A stretch of 64,000 nucleotides of DNA from Podarcis bocagei. Its lineage: Eukaryota. Every line of letters starts with the position of its first letter. The stretch's first letter is position 1. Made by a program: the position numbers and the translations under genes. The stretch lies in assembly GCA_964188305.1 (NCBI GenBank), contig OZ076888.1. One strand, given 5' to 3'. Positions 13,053-26,700 of the stretch are shown here, in pieces. A model generated the notes under the pieces. That model was not told the origin of the DNA and made no database searches. It saw nothing but the letters and a program-made list of their open reading frames with translations.

Positions 13053-13190
13053 ACTACACAACTTTTATAAGACATCTGAAGGCAGCGCTGTATTGGGAAG
13101 TTTTTAATGTTTGACCTTTTATTATTATTTTTTATGTGTTGGAAGCTGTCCAGAGTGGCTGGTGTATAAATAATAACATTTTCATTATTA
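13053..13190 (+). mobile_element. L2-type LINE 3' end (5' part at about 12898-12925, split by the Penelope insertion)
   Basis: gacatctgaaggcagc...cagagtggct...gtataaataataa; the same tail is seen inverted at 24526-24590. Confidence 0.6.
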
Positions 13191-16100
13191 TCAGGATTGT
13201 ATCCTAAATGGGGCCACTGATGAACAAGAGGGAGGGAGCAGCAGGCTTGGAAGCAAACCCAAGGTTTGCAAAAGTACAAAAAGATTTCCCTAGGGGAAAA
13301 TCTTAAAAGGAAAACCCCACCACTACCAAAACCATCTAGTTAGTACTGTCCATAGTCGGTGGCCTCAGGATGCTGACTGTCCATTGGTGGAATGGCAACT
13401 GGGAGCAATATGGAATGGTGTTCCTGGAAGAGGGCTTGGCTGGCAGACTCTAACCTTGAAAAGAAGTGCACTACATGACAACATTTTGTTGCAGGCCCCA
13501 CTGGTCTAAGCAGATGGCCATCCCTGCATCTTGTTGCTGTGAATCTTATGTTAATTATTCACTTTGTGAAGGAATACCTCCTTTTGCCTGTGTTAACCCT
13601 GCCAATGAATCAATTTCATTGCCTGACCCTGCGTTTTAATACTAAGAAAGAAGCATGTTCCCTCCTATTCCATAATCTGCATTTTGGGCATGCATCTAGA
13701 TGAAATAGCCTGACAGTGCACACTGTACATGAGTAGCTCATTAAAAACCACTGCCATATCCCTTAAAAGGAAGGAGTAAACTCACAGGCAACTCGCATAA
13801 TAAACAGAGTCGAGCTGCCTTCCACGTCCCTCCCTCCCTCCCAAAGAAACATCCCATTTGTCAAGCTGTCATGTGAGCCTACAAGGATGCCTTGTGACTA
13901 AATTTGTGAAATACCACAGAACATTACCAAGAAAGCACTTGTGCATAGAATTGCCGTGTCTCATTTCTCAATTATATGTCAATTAGATGCTGTACATTTT
14001 GTCTCTCGTCCCCATTCACATGAGTCACTTCAAACATTTAAATGACAAACACTGGCCTGAACTGTGGGAGGGATATGCTGCTGTTTACTATTAGGGACAT
14101 TCCGCCTTCTAAGTCGTAAACAGCTGTGCAGGATTCTGTCCTAGCATATGAGCTGGCAGGAGTTTTCTTCTTTCTTGGTGTCAGGGTGATGTTGGAATTA
14201 ACTTAGACAAGTCCCCAACTGGCTTGCTAAATATTGCTTTGGGGGGGGGGGGGAAAGCTTCCTTAAAAGGGAACATAATGTTTGGCTGATGCTTTATATA
14301 GCAGAGCTGGCTCACACTGAATTAATGTCCCTTATGAAATTTAATGTTGCTCCCCCAGCTCACATCATGTTGTGGTATTGCCTCCTCAAGGTTGTCCCAA
14401 AAGTAGTTCCATCCCCCTCTTTTTTATATAAGTAAATTGTGTGAAGGGAAGGACCTGAAATGGGAGCAGTTATGAGAGTTGCAATACCCTTGTTCTAGCC
14501 CCTATTGTCCTAAGAGGTGTGAGGCATTTGTGTTACACCATTCAGGGTTTGTTTTGGGTTTCACAGTAGCCCCCTAGATTTGGATAAGCCAGGCAGCTGC
14601 ATGTCCTTCATATTGTGTTGAGCTGCCAGGAATGCAGGGAGTGGAAGAGGGTGAACAGTAGAAAGCAACCATTATTTTAGTGTTAGTATTAATGATAAAG
14701 TGAGGTTGACTCACCACCTTGGACCTTGCAATGAACATCCATGAATTTTCATCAGGTAGTGGGAGGTTCATGAACTGTTTGCTTGCATATGCATCAAAGG
14801 GCAGTAAGGAGTCACACATGCCCATTACAAAGTTTGCTGAAGCTCCATGGCTGGTGGAATTTTTCATGTGCCATATAGACATTACATATGCATGGTAGAA
14901 TTCTGAGTGATGACATACAGGAGCTCTAGCAGTACTTAACAGTGATGTGTTATAACTTAGTTAATGAACCCTCAAATATTGCAGGATATCTACATTTTAG
15001 TGCGATTAAGGGGGACTTTGTGGTTTATGATGTGCCTGGCAGTGACTGGCTTAGTTGCTCTAATGTCACAGAAAGCAGAAATGTCTCTGACTGCCATTGG
15101 CTCAGCAGCTTAGAGCCCAGAAACAAGCATGGCAGGCAGCAGGAAAGGCGATATGGAAGAAACGGGGGGTTTGGAAAGGAAAGGTCCTGAGAAAGCAGTG
15201 TCAATCTATCAAAGAAAGTAGGGTCCAGAGAATGGAGGGAAAGCAAAGGTTGGGGGGGGGGGAGAGACTGCAAAGAAAAGAAAACTGAGATGGCAAAATT
15301 GCTCATGACCAGGAAATGCAAAGGTGAAGAACTGCATATTAGCTAGCAATAAAGAGCCCTATCTTTGGCTATAGGCATCGAGTATTCACATATTTCAGGA
15401 AACTAATTTTCCACTAGATCCCTTGTTCGTGGCAATAATACAGTCTCATGGACGTGATACCATACATACCAGCCATGAAATGTTTACAAAGCCATCCCAA
15501 TATCCATGGCACGAAGGAAGCAAAGCGATGTCACCTGAGCCACTATTGAGGATTTCTCTTAGCAGCTACTCCTGATATAGCTTAGCAACCTTGAAAATTC
15601 AGGCTAGTAAACACGAGATACTGAGAAAGCATATGGAGGGCTGATGCATAATCACTCTGACATTCACGTTTCATGATCTAAGCACACCATGGCAACTTGA
15701 TTGTTTTCGCCTCCCATGTAAATTTGCTTTGCAGCCACACATATTTGTAGTTGTTGACTATCGCATACTTCAGTCTGATAGCTAGGAGAAGAGCTGGGGG
15801 GGGGGAGCTCTGATCTCTGCCAATTACCCAGGATAGCATGTATACTATTTTTCCCTGAAGCAAGACAGAAACACAAGATCCTGTAAGGTTGTGTTTGCAC
15901 TCAACAGTAAGTTGTTAAGACAAGCAGACAGTCTGGCCCCATGTATTTCTGTCCCAGGATAAGACCTGGTTCCTGCCACCTCCCTCTGACCATGCTTAGA
16001 GAAAGCTGCCAGACTCAGAGACTCAGTTTAACCAACTGCTCGGTTTCCCAACTGTCCCTATAGCCCGCACACCTCTGAAAGCATCACCCCAGCAACGCGT

Positions 16101-17206
16101 TCTTCAGTGTTCCAGAAGCCAACTGCCTCCCCAGATAACCTGCTCTTTGGCAGATGTTGTGTCAGCAGACACATCTTCAGACACTTCTAAAAGTGTCCAT
16201 GTATGAGAGGGCAGGGCAAATGAGATGAACTGCTGTCAAGATCTAAACCAGATCAAGGAGAACAGCCATGCTTGAATTGGTTTTCTGCTAAGTAGCCATC
16301 TAAACGGGTCAGGCAGAATTGCTTTGTTCCACCTTGGGAAGCTCCTCATGTCATGTGGATATTTCCTGCCCTGTCAAGATCCGGTGAAGAGACTTCACTA
16401 CACATGCCCTGTCCTTGGGATGCTTAAACATTGATGGCCTTGGAAGAGCAGTGTCATTTCTCTTGAGAATTCTCCCCCCAAGTGAGGTCCACTGTTTGAA
16501 GTCTTTACTTACAAAGTTTAAACCCAGGAGTGAGGAGCTTCCAGATTTGCTGGACGAAGAGCCAACCAACCATGACCACTGATCACTTGGGCTGAGGCTA
16601 TTGAGGATTAAGTTGAACAACCCTTGGAAGCGTACAGGTCCCCAACTCCTGTTGTAAGGCAACTCACTTCCACCATGTGTTCAGTTTGTGGGTTCTTCAT
16701 TGGAATGTTTTAATTGTGAATCTTAAGCTTCTCTTTTAATAGTTACTTGTTTTCATAAGAATCCTTATGAACAATTTTTAAGACTGATTGTTTGGTTTAC
16801 TCCTTTGTAAGAATGTGTCCTCGAGGTTGTCTTCAAACACTCTTATTGTGAGACACAAATGTCATCCTGCTAGCCAGTGCACAATGTAGACCTATCCATG
16901 CGTATTTAATTTAACAACAAAGCCAGACAAAAGGCTTCGTGCACACTTGGGCATGTTGGGACTGCAAATTCCTCTTCCAAAGTTCATGCTATGTTATATG
17001 CAGTACAAAAAAGCAGTCTGACCCTATGAAGAGTTGGCCAGAGGTCTAAGCCGAATAATTGTAGTGGACTTAAGCATGCCTAATGTTGCACAGGATCAGG
17101 CTAATATTTATTCAAAACATGGGAAAGCACCAATGAGACATATGAAAAAGCCGCTGTATATGGCTCACATCGCTTCCATTTTCTCCCTCCACTTTTGCAG
17201 GAAACT

Positions 17207-17380
17207 ATGCCCCAGACACCAATATTTTCCAGCATGCTTGGTTCCGGATGTAGTGGGCAGGTGCAGCCAGATACAGGAGAGAGGAGTGGAGATCCTGTTT
17301 ATCAAGATGGGAGTCTCATCTCTGGATCACTAGAGGCCCTGATTGAACGCCTAGTACCCACCACAGACTATTATCCAGAT
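17207..17380 (+). CDS. RASGEF1A: RASGEF1A coding exon 1 (exon begins at 17201, ATG at 17207)
   Basis: Acceptor ttttgcag|GAAACT ATG; encodes MPQTPIFSSMLGSGCSGQVQPDTGERSGDPVYQDGSLISGSLEALIERLVPTTDYYPD, matching the RASGEF1A N-terminus/REM start; donor GAT|gtaagt. Confidence 0.96.
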
Positions 17381-18334
17381 GTAAGTAAATGGTTGGATTT
17401 TTCCTTATTTTTTGCCACCGTTTTCATGGCCCTGGGGACTTGAGGGTATGCAGAGCTGCTGGAGGAGAACTCAATTCATCCTTGGTGTTTATAAGTTTAT
17501 AACACTTTCCTAGGATTTTTAGTTAGCAATTGGTTGGTTGGCTGAAGCAGCTTTTCCCATGGAAACATGGTGAGCGTATTTGCACAATACAGTTAAATTT
17601 CTTAAAAAGTCATTTCTCTCCCTAAGGAGCTTTGTGATCTGTAGTTTGGGGGGAGGGGAGGGGGGATCTCCTCCCTCTGACCAGAGGCTGTTCTCAGCAT
17701 TATCCAGCTAAGGATCCTGGTGGAGAAAGCCATGTAAAAAAAAGAAGAACTTCTTGTATAAAATCAGTAGAACTTTGCTGTGCAGATATGGCCTAGATAC
17801 TTTTGTTTGGTTGTTGAACTGTCAGCTTTCTCACTTTGCTGGTCAGATCTTTGTTAGTATACACTGCATTTTGAATTTTCAAGCTTTTATTATTTGGATT
17901 TGGACTGGGGAGACCTCGGTTCAAAGCTCACTTGGTAGCCTTAGGCTAGTCACTCTCTCTTTGTTAACTGGCTTCGTAGGGTTATTTTGAGGAGAAACTA
18001 TACCAACCTGAGTTACTTGGATTAGAGGAAATTCATGAAAATAAATATAAATAGCAAAACAAATGCAGATTGCTGCATCCAGTGTTTTAAAAATGCACTT
18101 TCTGAGTATACACCTTCGTAAATTCCTTAAGACAGCGTACCGATTTCCAGACCTCAGGGAAATAATTTGATCGTGCCATTTCAACAATGAGGGGCTTATC
18201 TCCCACAAAAATTAAATGAATAAATTTTCATCTGAGGTGTGTTAGAAAGTATCCACCCTTAAACTGGGATGACATTTGGCAGTGGCTTAAGCCTCTTGGT
18301 TTGCATACTGCTGTGATTGTTGAGTATTTAAGTA

Positions 18335-18586
18335 CAGTCATAAATTGATTTCCAAATGCCTTGTGACTTGAACGTTTTGGCTCCCAAACACCGCAAACTC
18401 AGAAGTGAATGTTCCAGTATGTGAACTTTTTTCCGAAGCCGAATGTCTGCCGTGGCTTCCGTGGCTTTTGATTGAGTGCGAGAAGCTCCTGCAGCCAATC
18501 GGAAGCCGCACCTTGGGTTTTCAAATGTTTTCGGAAGTTGAACAAACTTCCAGAACTGATTCCATTCGAGAACCAAGGTGTGACTA
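18335..18586. mobile_element. Degenerate Tigger-like MITE
   Basis: ta|CAGTCA ... GAGAACCAAGGTGTGACTA|ta ends; CpG-rich internal sequence typical of these MITEs. Confidence 0.55.
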
Positions 18587-19532
18587 TACATGCTTGCTAA
18601 AAGTGGGACAAAATGAAATGGCAAGTAGCATGAGTATTGTTATATCTCAGAGGCCCCTGCATCATCACCTTTTAAAACAATCTCTTTATATTCCCCTCCT
18701 CCTGCTCCCACAGTCAAATCTGCCAATTCATGTACCTCTTGAAGGAGGAGAATGTCTGACATACTCAAATTTAGTCACACGATAAAAAGTTATTGAGTCC
18801 TGCCAGCCTATTAAACCAGTTATGCTGACCTGTAATTGCATTGCACCTAGTAGACAGGCAGTTCCCATGTACGTGTAAACCCTGGAAGGTTGCTTCTAAA
18901 TAGCTTGCTCTATTCTTTCCTGGCCTTTTAAATGCATACAGCACAACATGCATGTTTGATCTTTCCTTTATGATGCTTGGGGGGCATATTTATCCTTCTA
19001 TGTATCTATGAATTAGGGGCAAATTCTGAAGGTTGAAGGATTCCAAATACTAACACCAGCTTAAAAACAAACAAACCAAAAACTTGTCACATTTAAATTG
19101 GGACCAGCTTGAAACTGCATTTGTCTCCTGCTCCTGGCACTAACCAGCCCTCCCCTGCTGATTTCCCCTTTTTCCAAACAAAAAGTAATAGTTATTTTGG
19201 GGAAGAGAAGGGATAACCAGATGTGTGGTCTGTCCTTAGCTGGAAATTATGCCCTCCCACCCGAGTATATGTAGGAGTTTTCTATGCCTCCTGAATTGAA
19301 TCAAGAGACAGAGAAAAGCATAATCACTGTGGTCTTTGGCTATCATTTTCTGCCAAGGACTGTGAGATTTGCAGTTTTGTCTTTCAAATCAATTCAAGAA
19401 GAAGAGGGAATTGCACAATCTGCAACAAGAAAATACAATATTCCAATAGTGGCCCATAAATTACATGATCCTTGCCTTTTGGTGCCATTATCCAGGTTAT
19501 ACCCAAGATTGGTGTGCCATTCTTGCCCCATT

Positions 19533-19676
19533 TCATAGAATCATGGAGTTAGAAATGACACTGAGGATCATCTAGCCCAGTCCCCTGCAATGCGAGAATA
19601 GGCAGCTGTCGCTTACGGGGATCGAACCTGCAACCTTGGCATTATTAGCACCACACTCTAACCAAGGGAACTATGC
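19533..19676 (-). mobile_element. tRNA-Ile-derived SINE with CR1 tail
   Basis: Reverse strand GGTTAGAGTGTGGTGCTAATAATGCCAAGGTTGCAGGTTCGATCCCCGTA resembles tRNA-Ile(AAT); ends GATTCTATGA. Confidence 0.75.
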
Positions 19677-22600
19677 AGCTGTCTCCTTACACTACTGACA
19701 TAATTAACAATGGAAAGAAAAGTTGTTTTTATGCAGTCTTTGCGCAGATTAAATTCTGGGGCCATGTTAGCACACTGTTATAATGACCAGCTACTTCCTC
19801 ACCATTCCCAAGCAGAAATTGTCCCACACCCATGTCTCCAACTGGATACAAATTCCAGAAAGGCACAAAAAGATCACTTGGAGCATAACAAGTTTTTCCC
19901 CCATCTTCTTCTGGCCACGCTGGAGGGTAACAGGAAAACTACAAGGGTGGTTTGGGGGGGGGGGAGAGAGAAGAGGTACACACAGTTCCATAGAGGATTC
20001 TGTGCATACAGGACTTCATTTGCCTAGTACCCAGGAAAATATGCGTACTCGCAAGACTTCAGCTTTCTGGAGGTTAGGAATGGAATGTCCTTAGCTGCAA
20101 CCCTTGATGCCCATTGCAAGCAAACATTTCAGAAAAATATTCAGACAAAACATTCTGGATAGAACAGAATGAGCTGAAGGGGAAAATATTTTTCTTCTTC
20201 TTCCTTAGAAGTTATCACTGCATTCTTGGTCCTTAAGTAACAGTTACTATTTTAGTCTTCCCTTTTACGTGTTCTCTTCCTGTTCTCCTCCACCCCTCCT
20301 TCAATTAAGCGTGTCTCTTAGCAACAAGTTTAGGAGCTATAGGAATCCACTTCGACCTTTTCAGTTTCAAGGCCCCAATCCTTCTTTTGTATCATCTTAA
20401 ATTGGGCCAAGGGTTCATGGGGTTTTCCCCTTCTCCCAAATTCTCCCCAGCTGCTGGAAACTAAATGGGGTGTAATTTTCAACCCCAAAGATTCCACAGC
20501 CTCATTTTGTTTGCACAACCATGGTGGCACAGAAAAAATATCATGATAGTTGCATGTGGCCTCCATGCATGTTGGGGCTGCATCTGAATAGTCCCTTAGG
20601 GGAGTGGCTGGTGCTACCATCTAGCATTAACTGGGTCCTGTGTCTAAAAGTTGGAACATTTGTCCGGCATCTGCCCAGGATGATGTTTTGGTTGACACTG
20701 ATAGTTGTCAGTGGTTGGTGAATGTTTGGAATGGTCTCATCTGTGTAAAACTCCACACACATAGAAAACAAGCCTTTTTGGTGGGGCAGGTTGGGGAAGT
20801 TGAGCTATCTCTCTGACTTTCAGCATTTCTGCATGCATGCATGGGTTTTTTGCTTTTCATACAAGACAACAATTCTGCCTTACAGCCTGGGACCTGCAAC
20901 CTTTGTAAAGCCTCAACTAGCGTGCTTCAACACTGTTGCTATATTTGGGTGGGATTCAGGTTACACTATTAATGTTGACTTGGGGCTCCTATGCAACAAA
21001 CCTCTGTCCCCACCCCACTCCAACGATTGGATTTTGATGATAAGGAAAGTGGCAAGAAGCACTGGAAAGTTGGAATAAGATTTGCTTTGCTTAACCTCTT
21101 CACAAACAAATCAGAATGAATGCTCCATAAACAGCCAACGTCTAACATGACTGCAAACCTTGTGCAAACAAATCAGGATGAATGCTCAATAATGAACAGG
21201 TCATCTGGATCCAACTTTCATTTCAGTCCTCCTCTTTCTAGAAGTCTATGAATCTATTTAAAAAGGAAACTGCTTCTTGAGGCAACATAAGCAGTTTTGA
21301 GCGGGGGCAGGGGGGACTTTCAGCTGCAAATTCACTTGCAAACTCGATCGCTTCCCTCATTTTTTCCCATCCTAAGAATCAAATCAGTGTAGGTTGTTTT
21401 TAGAAGAGAACCCAACTTGTTTTTCAGCTCTCACCCTTTCTAAGTTCATACATCATTACTCAAGAGCTGGTTCGAGTCTGTCCTTTTTAAGGAAAGCACA
21501 CACAGAGGAATGCAGTACGTTAAGTGTTCTCTTGCTGTAATATGCATTTTGCAGTGTTTTAAAAAAATGACATTCAAATTACATTAATCACAGGCCACTA
21601 AAATAAGCTCATCAGCTGCTTCCCTCCAACTCACTGTGTGCAGACTTCCATCCAGAACAAATTGTTCACTCCTGAACCACTCTCACAAAAATGGAGTTGG
21701 CAGTAGGGCTGGGCACACACGCCTCCATTCTGAAATGGATCTGGTCCCCAAACCAATTGTGGGATGGGGGAGAAAGCCCTAATGTTTTGTTAAAGTTTTA
21801 AACCCTAACCAAAAGGGGGCAAGGGAGAAAGGAGGCACTTTGTCTGCCTCCTCTCCCTCCGACCTCACTGCAGGCTGTTGGGATGTTGTTTGCCAGCACA
21901 TTCCCTGCAGGGAACATACTGGTGAAGGAGACCCCCGCAGCCAGCAGGACTGAGCCCTCTGCCCACTGGGATTTAACCAAATCTGGTCACATTCCTAGTT
22001 TGCAGTGTCCACTCTAGGCTTGGCTGATGTATCAATACATCACCCTGGACCAGTATGAGGGCCAGAGCACGATGGCTGCTTCACCCGGTGGTATTTCGTG
22101 GGTGAAGCATCTGCCACTCTTGAGTACCTCTTCTCCTATAAACACATTTTAACAAGGGTGTGGGGGGAGGTCTTTGGGATCAGGGCTTCTGTTGGGTGCA
22201 GACTGGGGGATTCAGATGCTGGTTTGGGCTCCCAGTTGCCTAACCCCCCTGTAAAGGAATACTGGATTATCTAAGGGCAAAGTACCCTCCCACACCCTTA
22301 TTACCCACACTTCCAGCATGTCTGCGTGGAGCGTTGGCATAATGAGTGATAGTGTATTTGAGGCCACCTCACTGTAGACATTTAAAAGCCGTTACCGGGA
22401 TTGCAAGTGGGCTGATTTTCTTATTTTACAGGGGTTTGGTACAGAACGTCTCAAATTACCTTCCCAGACACTGTTGCCTGCCTACACATGGCAGTATATG
22501 AGATTGGGGTCAGGTAGGCACAGGTTTGGACGCACTCCCACATGAATGCAATCAAAGATGTTGTGAAAGCTAGACCCACCCACCCCTCAGTGTCTTAAAC

Positions 22601-24525
22601 GGTTTCCCTGGTTTCCTTTTAACATATGGAAACCTATTCAAAACGTTAGGGACGCTGCGTGTGCCAACCTTTTCAGAGAAGTGTCTCTCTCCAGACTGTG
22701 TGTGGGAGGGCTCAGCTGTAAAGTATTCCCCGCATAAAAGCCTCTCTGCACATTGGAAGTTAAGACATTAAGGAAAAGACATTGAATTTTGGGGTGCTTT
22801 CCAGGCATTGCTCCCTACCAAGCATTCTGAGCAGGCGCAACTCCAGGAACAGATTGCACCCAATTTATATTTGGTATAATTGACTTTCTTACAAAGGAGC
22901 TCAGTGCGGAATTTCTGCTTCACAACAACAGTGCCAGGAAGGTTTCGCTAAGAGATATTGGACTTGCCCCTTCATAGCCAAATGGGAATTTGAACCTGAG
23001 TTTCTTGTATCTAACCCAACATTCTAGCTCATAAACTTGTGACTATTTGCATGGAGGCTGCCCCCCCCCCCCCGCAGAAGTGTTTAGTCCTGGTTTTCCC
23101 CAGGTATTTCCCCATCTTCTGAACACTGGGGAAATGCCACATAGGCCTCTGTAGCTTCTTGTTTTGCAAACCTTTTGTCCACGAGAAACAAAACACGTTG
23201 GTCTCAAATGCAGAACCACTCCCAGAGACAGTGAAACCTCTGGCCTACACAAACAGTAATTGAGGCTGAAAAATTGTTACTAGACTAGACTTGTGCTATT
23301 TTAGACTGCATGTGATAATAAGGGACGGAGTATGTTTGAATGGTTTCTCCCACAACACACATACACAAACACTGCACGTTAGACACTAACCTGTAGAAGC
23401 AAAGGTTAGGTTAGAATCATTCTCCCAGACGTGCAAGATCTCTTGCGGCATTATGAAGAAAACAGTGCAAACATATGGCAGGAGAGCAGCAGGTGGAAGT
23501 ATATTAGAACAGCGTAAACGCTTTGACCATTTTTCTCACCTACCAACTTGTGGAAGGTAACTCTCTGCAAGAAGGAGTCTTTTATATCAACGGAGGCCCC
23601 CTGCATTTCTGAAAATGGAATATTCCTTCCAAACCTAGTAATATGGGTTGTGTTTGTTTGGGATTTATGTCTTCTGAATGTACAGTGTAAAAAATAAATT
23701 AAAAACCCACACACAATTTGATCTTTCTCGGCAAGCAAGATAGCTAATAATATAAACAAATTTTTTAAATGTAAAGGTATTAAAATATTTTCATGATTCC
23801 CTAGTGAACCTCGGAGTCTGATGCCTTTAGACAACCTTCTTGATTGTGATAAATGGAGAAATTGGTGGCCCTGTCTGTATTGACAGCCTTTGTTATTCAT
23901 GGCTCCCATCCCACAGCATTTGAAAAGCCAGCATTCGGACTGGAGTTATCTCAGCTTTAGACAGCAATTTCCTGCTTTATGCAGACTGTTCAGAATAGAG
24001 TCCCAAACTAGACTTAGTGCAGGGGACTGAATTATAACATGCTGTCCTCAGAAGAATGTGGCCTAGCTTGTTGGAAGAAGGGTCACTGACAGGGCAGAGC
24101 TGCTTACATGTCAGATTCTTTGCACTGACACATGTAGCAAAAACTTCTGCATGACATACGCCAATACCACTGTTACCGGTTTTCTCCAGTAGAGTGAGGG
24201 GGGAATTTATTCAGTTTTCCAAGATAAACCTCTTTCAGTTCTTCCTAACTTCAAGAGTTGGAATGGAGGCAGCACAAAGCAGCAGGCAAGTGGCACACTA
24301 CCATGAAGGACTATACCACACCTGTCCATTTTCCCTTTCATTCCCTCCAACATTTGACAGATGGAAACGAGGAACAGTCTTGCAGCACCCTTATTTGCAG
24401 ATCAAGGAAGAGCCTAAGGCTCTTTTCCCCCACTCAGATTTTGCCGAAGACTTTCCATCACAATGTTGCATCCATTAACTCCACAGCAGCCTGCCTGTTT
24501 TGCTCTGGCTTCAGACTCAGGGTAT

Positions 24526-24590
24526 AATAATAATAATAATAATTTATTGTTTATACCCCGCCCATCTGGCTGAGTTTCCCAGCCACTCTG
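24526..24590 (-). mobile_element. L2-type LINE extreme 3' end with (TAA)n tail
   Basis: (taa)n...tttataccccgcccatctggctgagtttcccagccactctg. Confidence 0.6.
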
Positions 24591-26284
24591 TAGCTGACCA
24601 ACTACAACAATTTCCTCTTAAAAACAAACAAACGTGAGAATGTTTAATCGCTCAGCGAAACTGGTTGTGCTCATTGCATAATAGCAGCAAGAGGAAAGAT
24701 GTTGATCTTTCAGTATCATAATATGTTGGTTTGGAGACAGGAGATGGGAGTGGAAATAACTGTGGCCCATGTATGTGTGGTTGCAAACATGTGCTCTAGA
24801 ATCAAAATGCATCTGCCCAAGCTCTTCCCAGGGCCACCTCAGGGTTTCAAGGGCAAAACATGGCAGATATAAACAGCCTCGTGATCGTTTGTTGCTGTTT
24901 TTGGAGAAGCAGCCTTGGAAGCTGCAGTTGTGAGCTGAAGAGGGGGCAGCTTAACCTTTCCTGCTCAAAACCCACAGCAAGTTGTTGTCTTGCTCCCAGG
25001 GGAAAATATATGGAGTCCCCACATCTTTTCCTCTGCAGAAAGTTAAACAGTCCAGGGAGGTTATTTCTAAGCAACCAGCAGCAGGAGGGGAAAGGATTAA
25101 GTACTCCCGCCCCAGCCTTTCCTCTGCTCACACAGCTGCTCTTCAGTTTTGCGTTAAAAGTCAGCAAACTGCTCACAATATTCTTGTGAAATACTCAGTT
25201 TGGGTTTAAGTTGCAGGTGCCCAGGAGCAGGGTGGGAGACAGAGAGATGAAAGGCAAGGAACTCCAGTCAACATATATGTACGCGATAAGCACCCCCAGC
25301 AGCTCTCTCAAAGGCAATTGCGGACTGTGGGTTGGTTCCAGACTGTTAGTTGAACCTAGGCCTCACTGGGACAGATTAGACAAGATGCGAGTCCCATTGG
25401 TTTCAGTGGGAACTAAGTTTGACCAACTTAGCGTGCGTTCCAACCCAATGTTTTACCAATGACAACAATAACACAGATACCATCTCTGATAAATGCTCGT
25501 TGGAATTCTGTGCCATCACAGAGAAAGTAAATCTACTCCATACAAGAGAAACAGGGAACCTCTGGCCCTCTTGTTGCTGGACTTTTAACTGCCTCCATCT
25601 CTGGCCACTCTGGCTGGGGTGATGGAGTCCAGCAACTTTGTTGCAGAGAAGATGGAACATGAACTCAACATGGGCGTGCTATCTTCAAGTTCATGTTCTG
25701 TAATGTTTGCTTCAATTTGCATTGTGTCCTGACATCATTACAATGTGTGTGTTTTTGTCCCACCAAGCAGTTATATAAAGTGAGGTGGGGGGGAAGGCTC
25801 ATTGTAATGTCAGGGTAGGTGTTCACTTGAACTGGAAGCTTGGGGGACACAATTCAAACTGCAGGGCCACCTTCTTTGTCTATTACATCCAGTTCTGCAC
25901 TTAGTACAGCTTGCTGGCAAAGGAAGGAGAACAGGGGAACAGGAAAATATGTGTAGCGTTTATCACTTGCAAACACACAACTGTACCCTCTTGTCGTGTC
26001 ACTGTCAGCTGAGTCAATAATTTGTCACAGCAAACTTGGCTATCTTTGTGTGAGCAGACAGATTGGAGAATGAGTCTTTTTTCCTGCTTTGGTCAAAGGT
26101 TTTTGACTTATCAGAACTTGAAACTGTGCATTAAATAACAAGAATGAATTGATAGCCTTCCACCAAAGAAACAGATGTCAGCTGCTACCCCCCCCCCAAG
26201 AAAAAGATACCAAACTTGCTTAGCAAACTTAGCTCCATTTTACAGGTGGTTCTCAAATATCAGCAAAGGAAATCAATGACATTT

Positions 26285-26620
26285 CTTTATTATTATTATT
26301 TATATCATAAGATCTCCGGACGATTCACAGAATAAAATACAGGATAAAAACAAGTAAATAAGTGAAAACAAAACAGCAAGACAATAACTCCCCCTTCCCA
26401 CAGACACATTTAAATGGCTGTAGAATATTAATCAGCCAAAGGCCTAGTTGAAGGGGAACATTTTTGCCTGGCACCTAAAATATATATAATGAAGGAGCCA
26501 GGTGAACCTCCCTGGGGAGAGCATTCCACAAATGGGGAGCCATTACAGAGAAGGCCCATTCTCATGTTGCCACCCTCCAGACTACACGTGGAAGGGCCTC
26601 AGATGATGGAGGCAGAGTAT
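26285..26620 (-). mobile_element. Older L2-like LINE 3' fragment
   Basis: (att)n tail and cctccctggggagagcattccacaaatggggagcca...gagaaggccc motif. Confidence 0.5.
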
Positions 26621-26700
26621 TGCCGTCCTGAGCCATCACTTCAAACATAAAATTAAGATTTCCAAATAGTATAGAAACATCCCCCCCCCCACACACACAC

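Noticed and set aside
14241-14253. Poly-G/poly-C runs scattered through the window as functional G-quadruplexes
   Set aside because: They are isolated homopolymers common throughout the sequence, with no positional pattern, and their lengths are error-prone.
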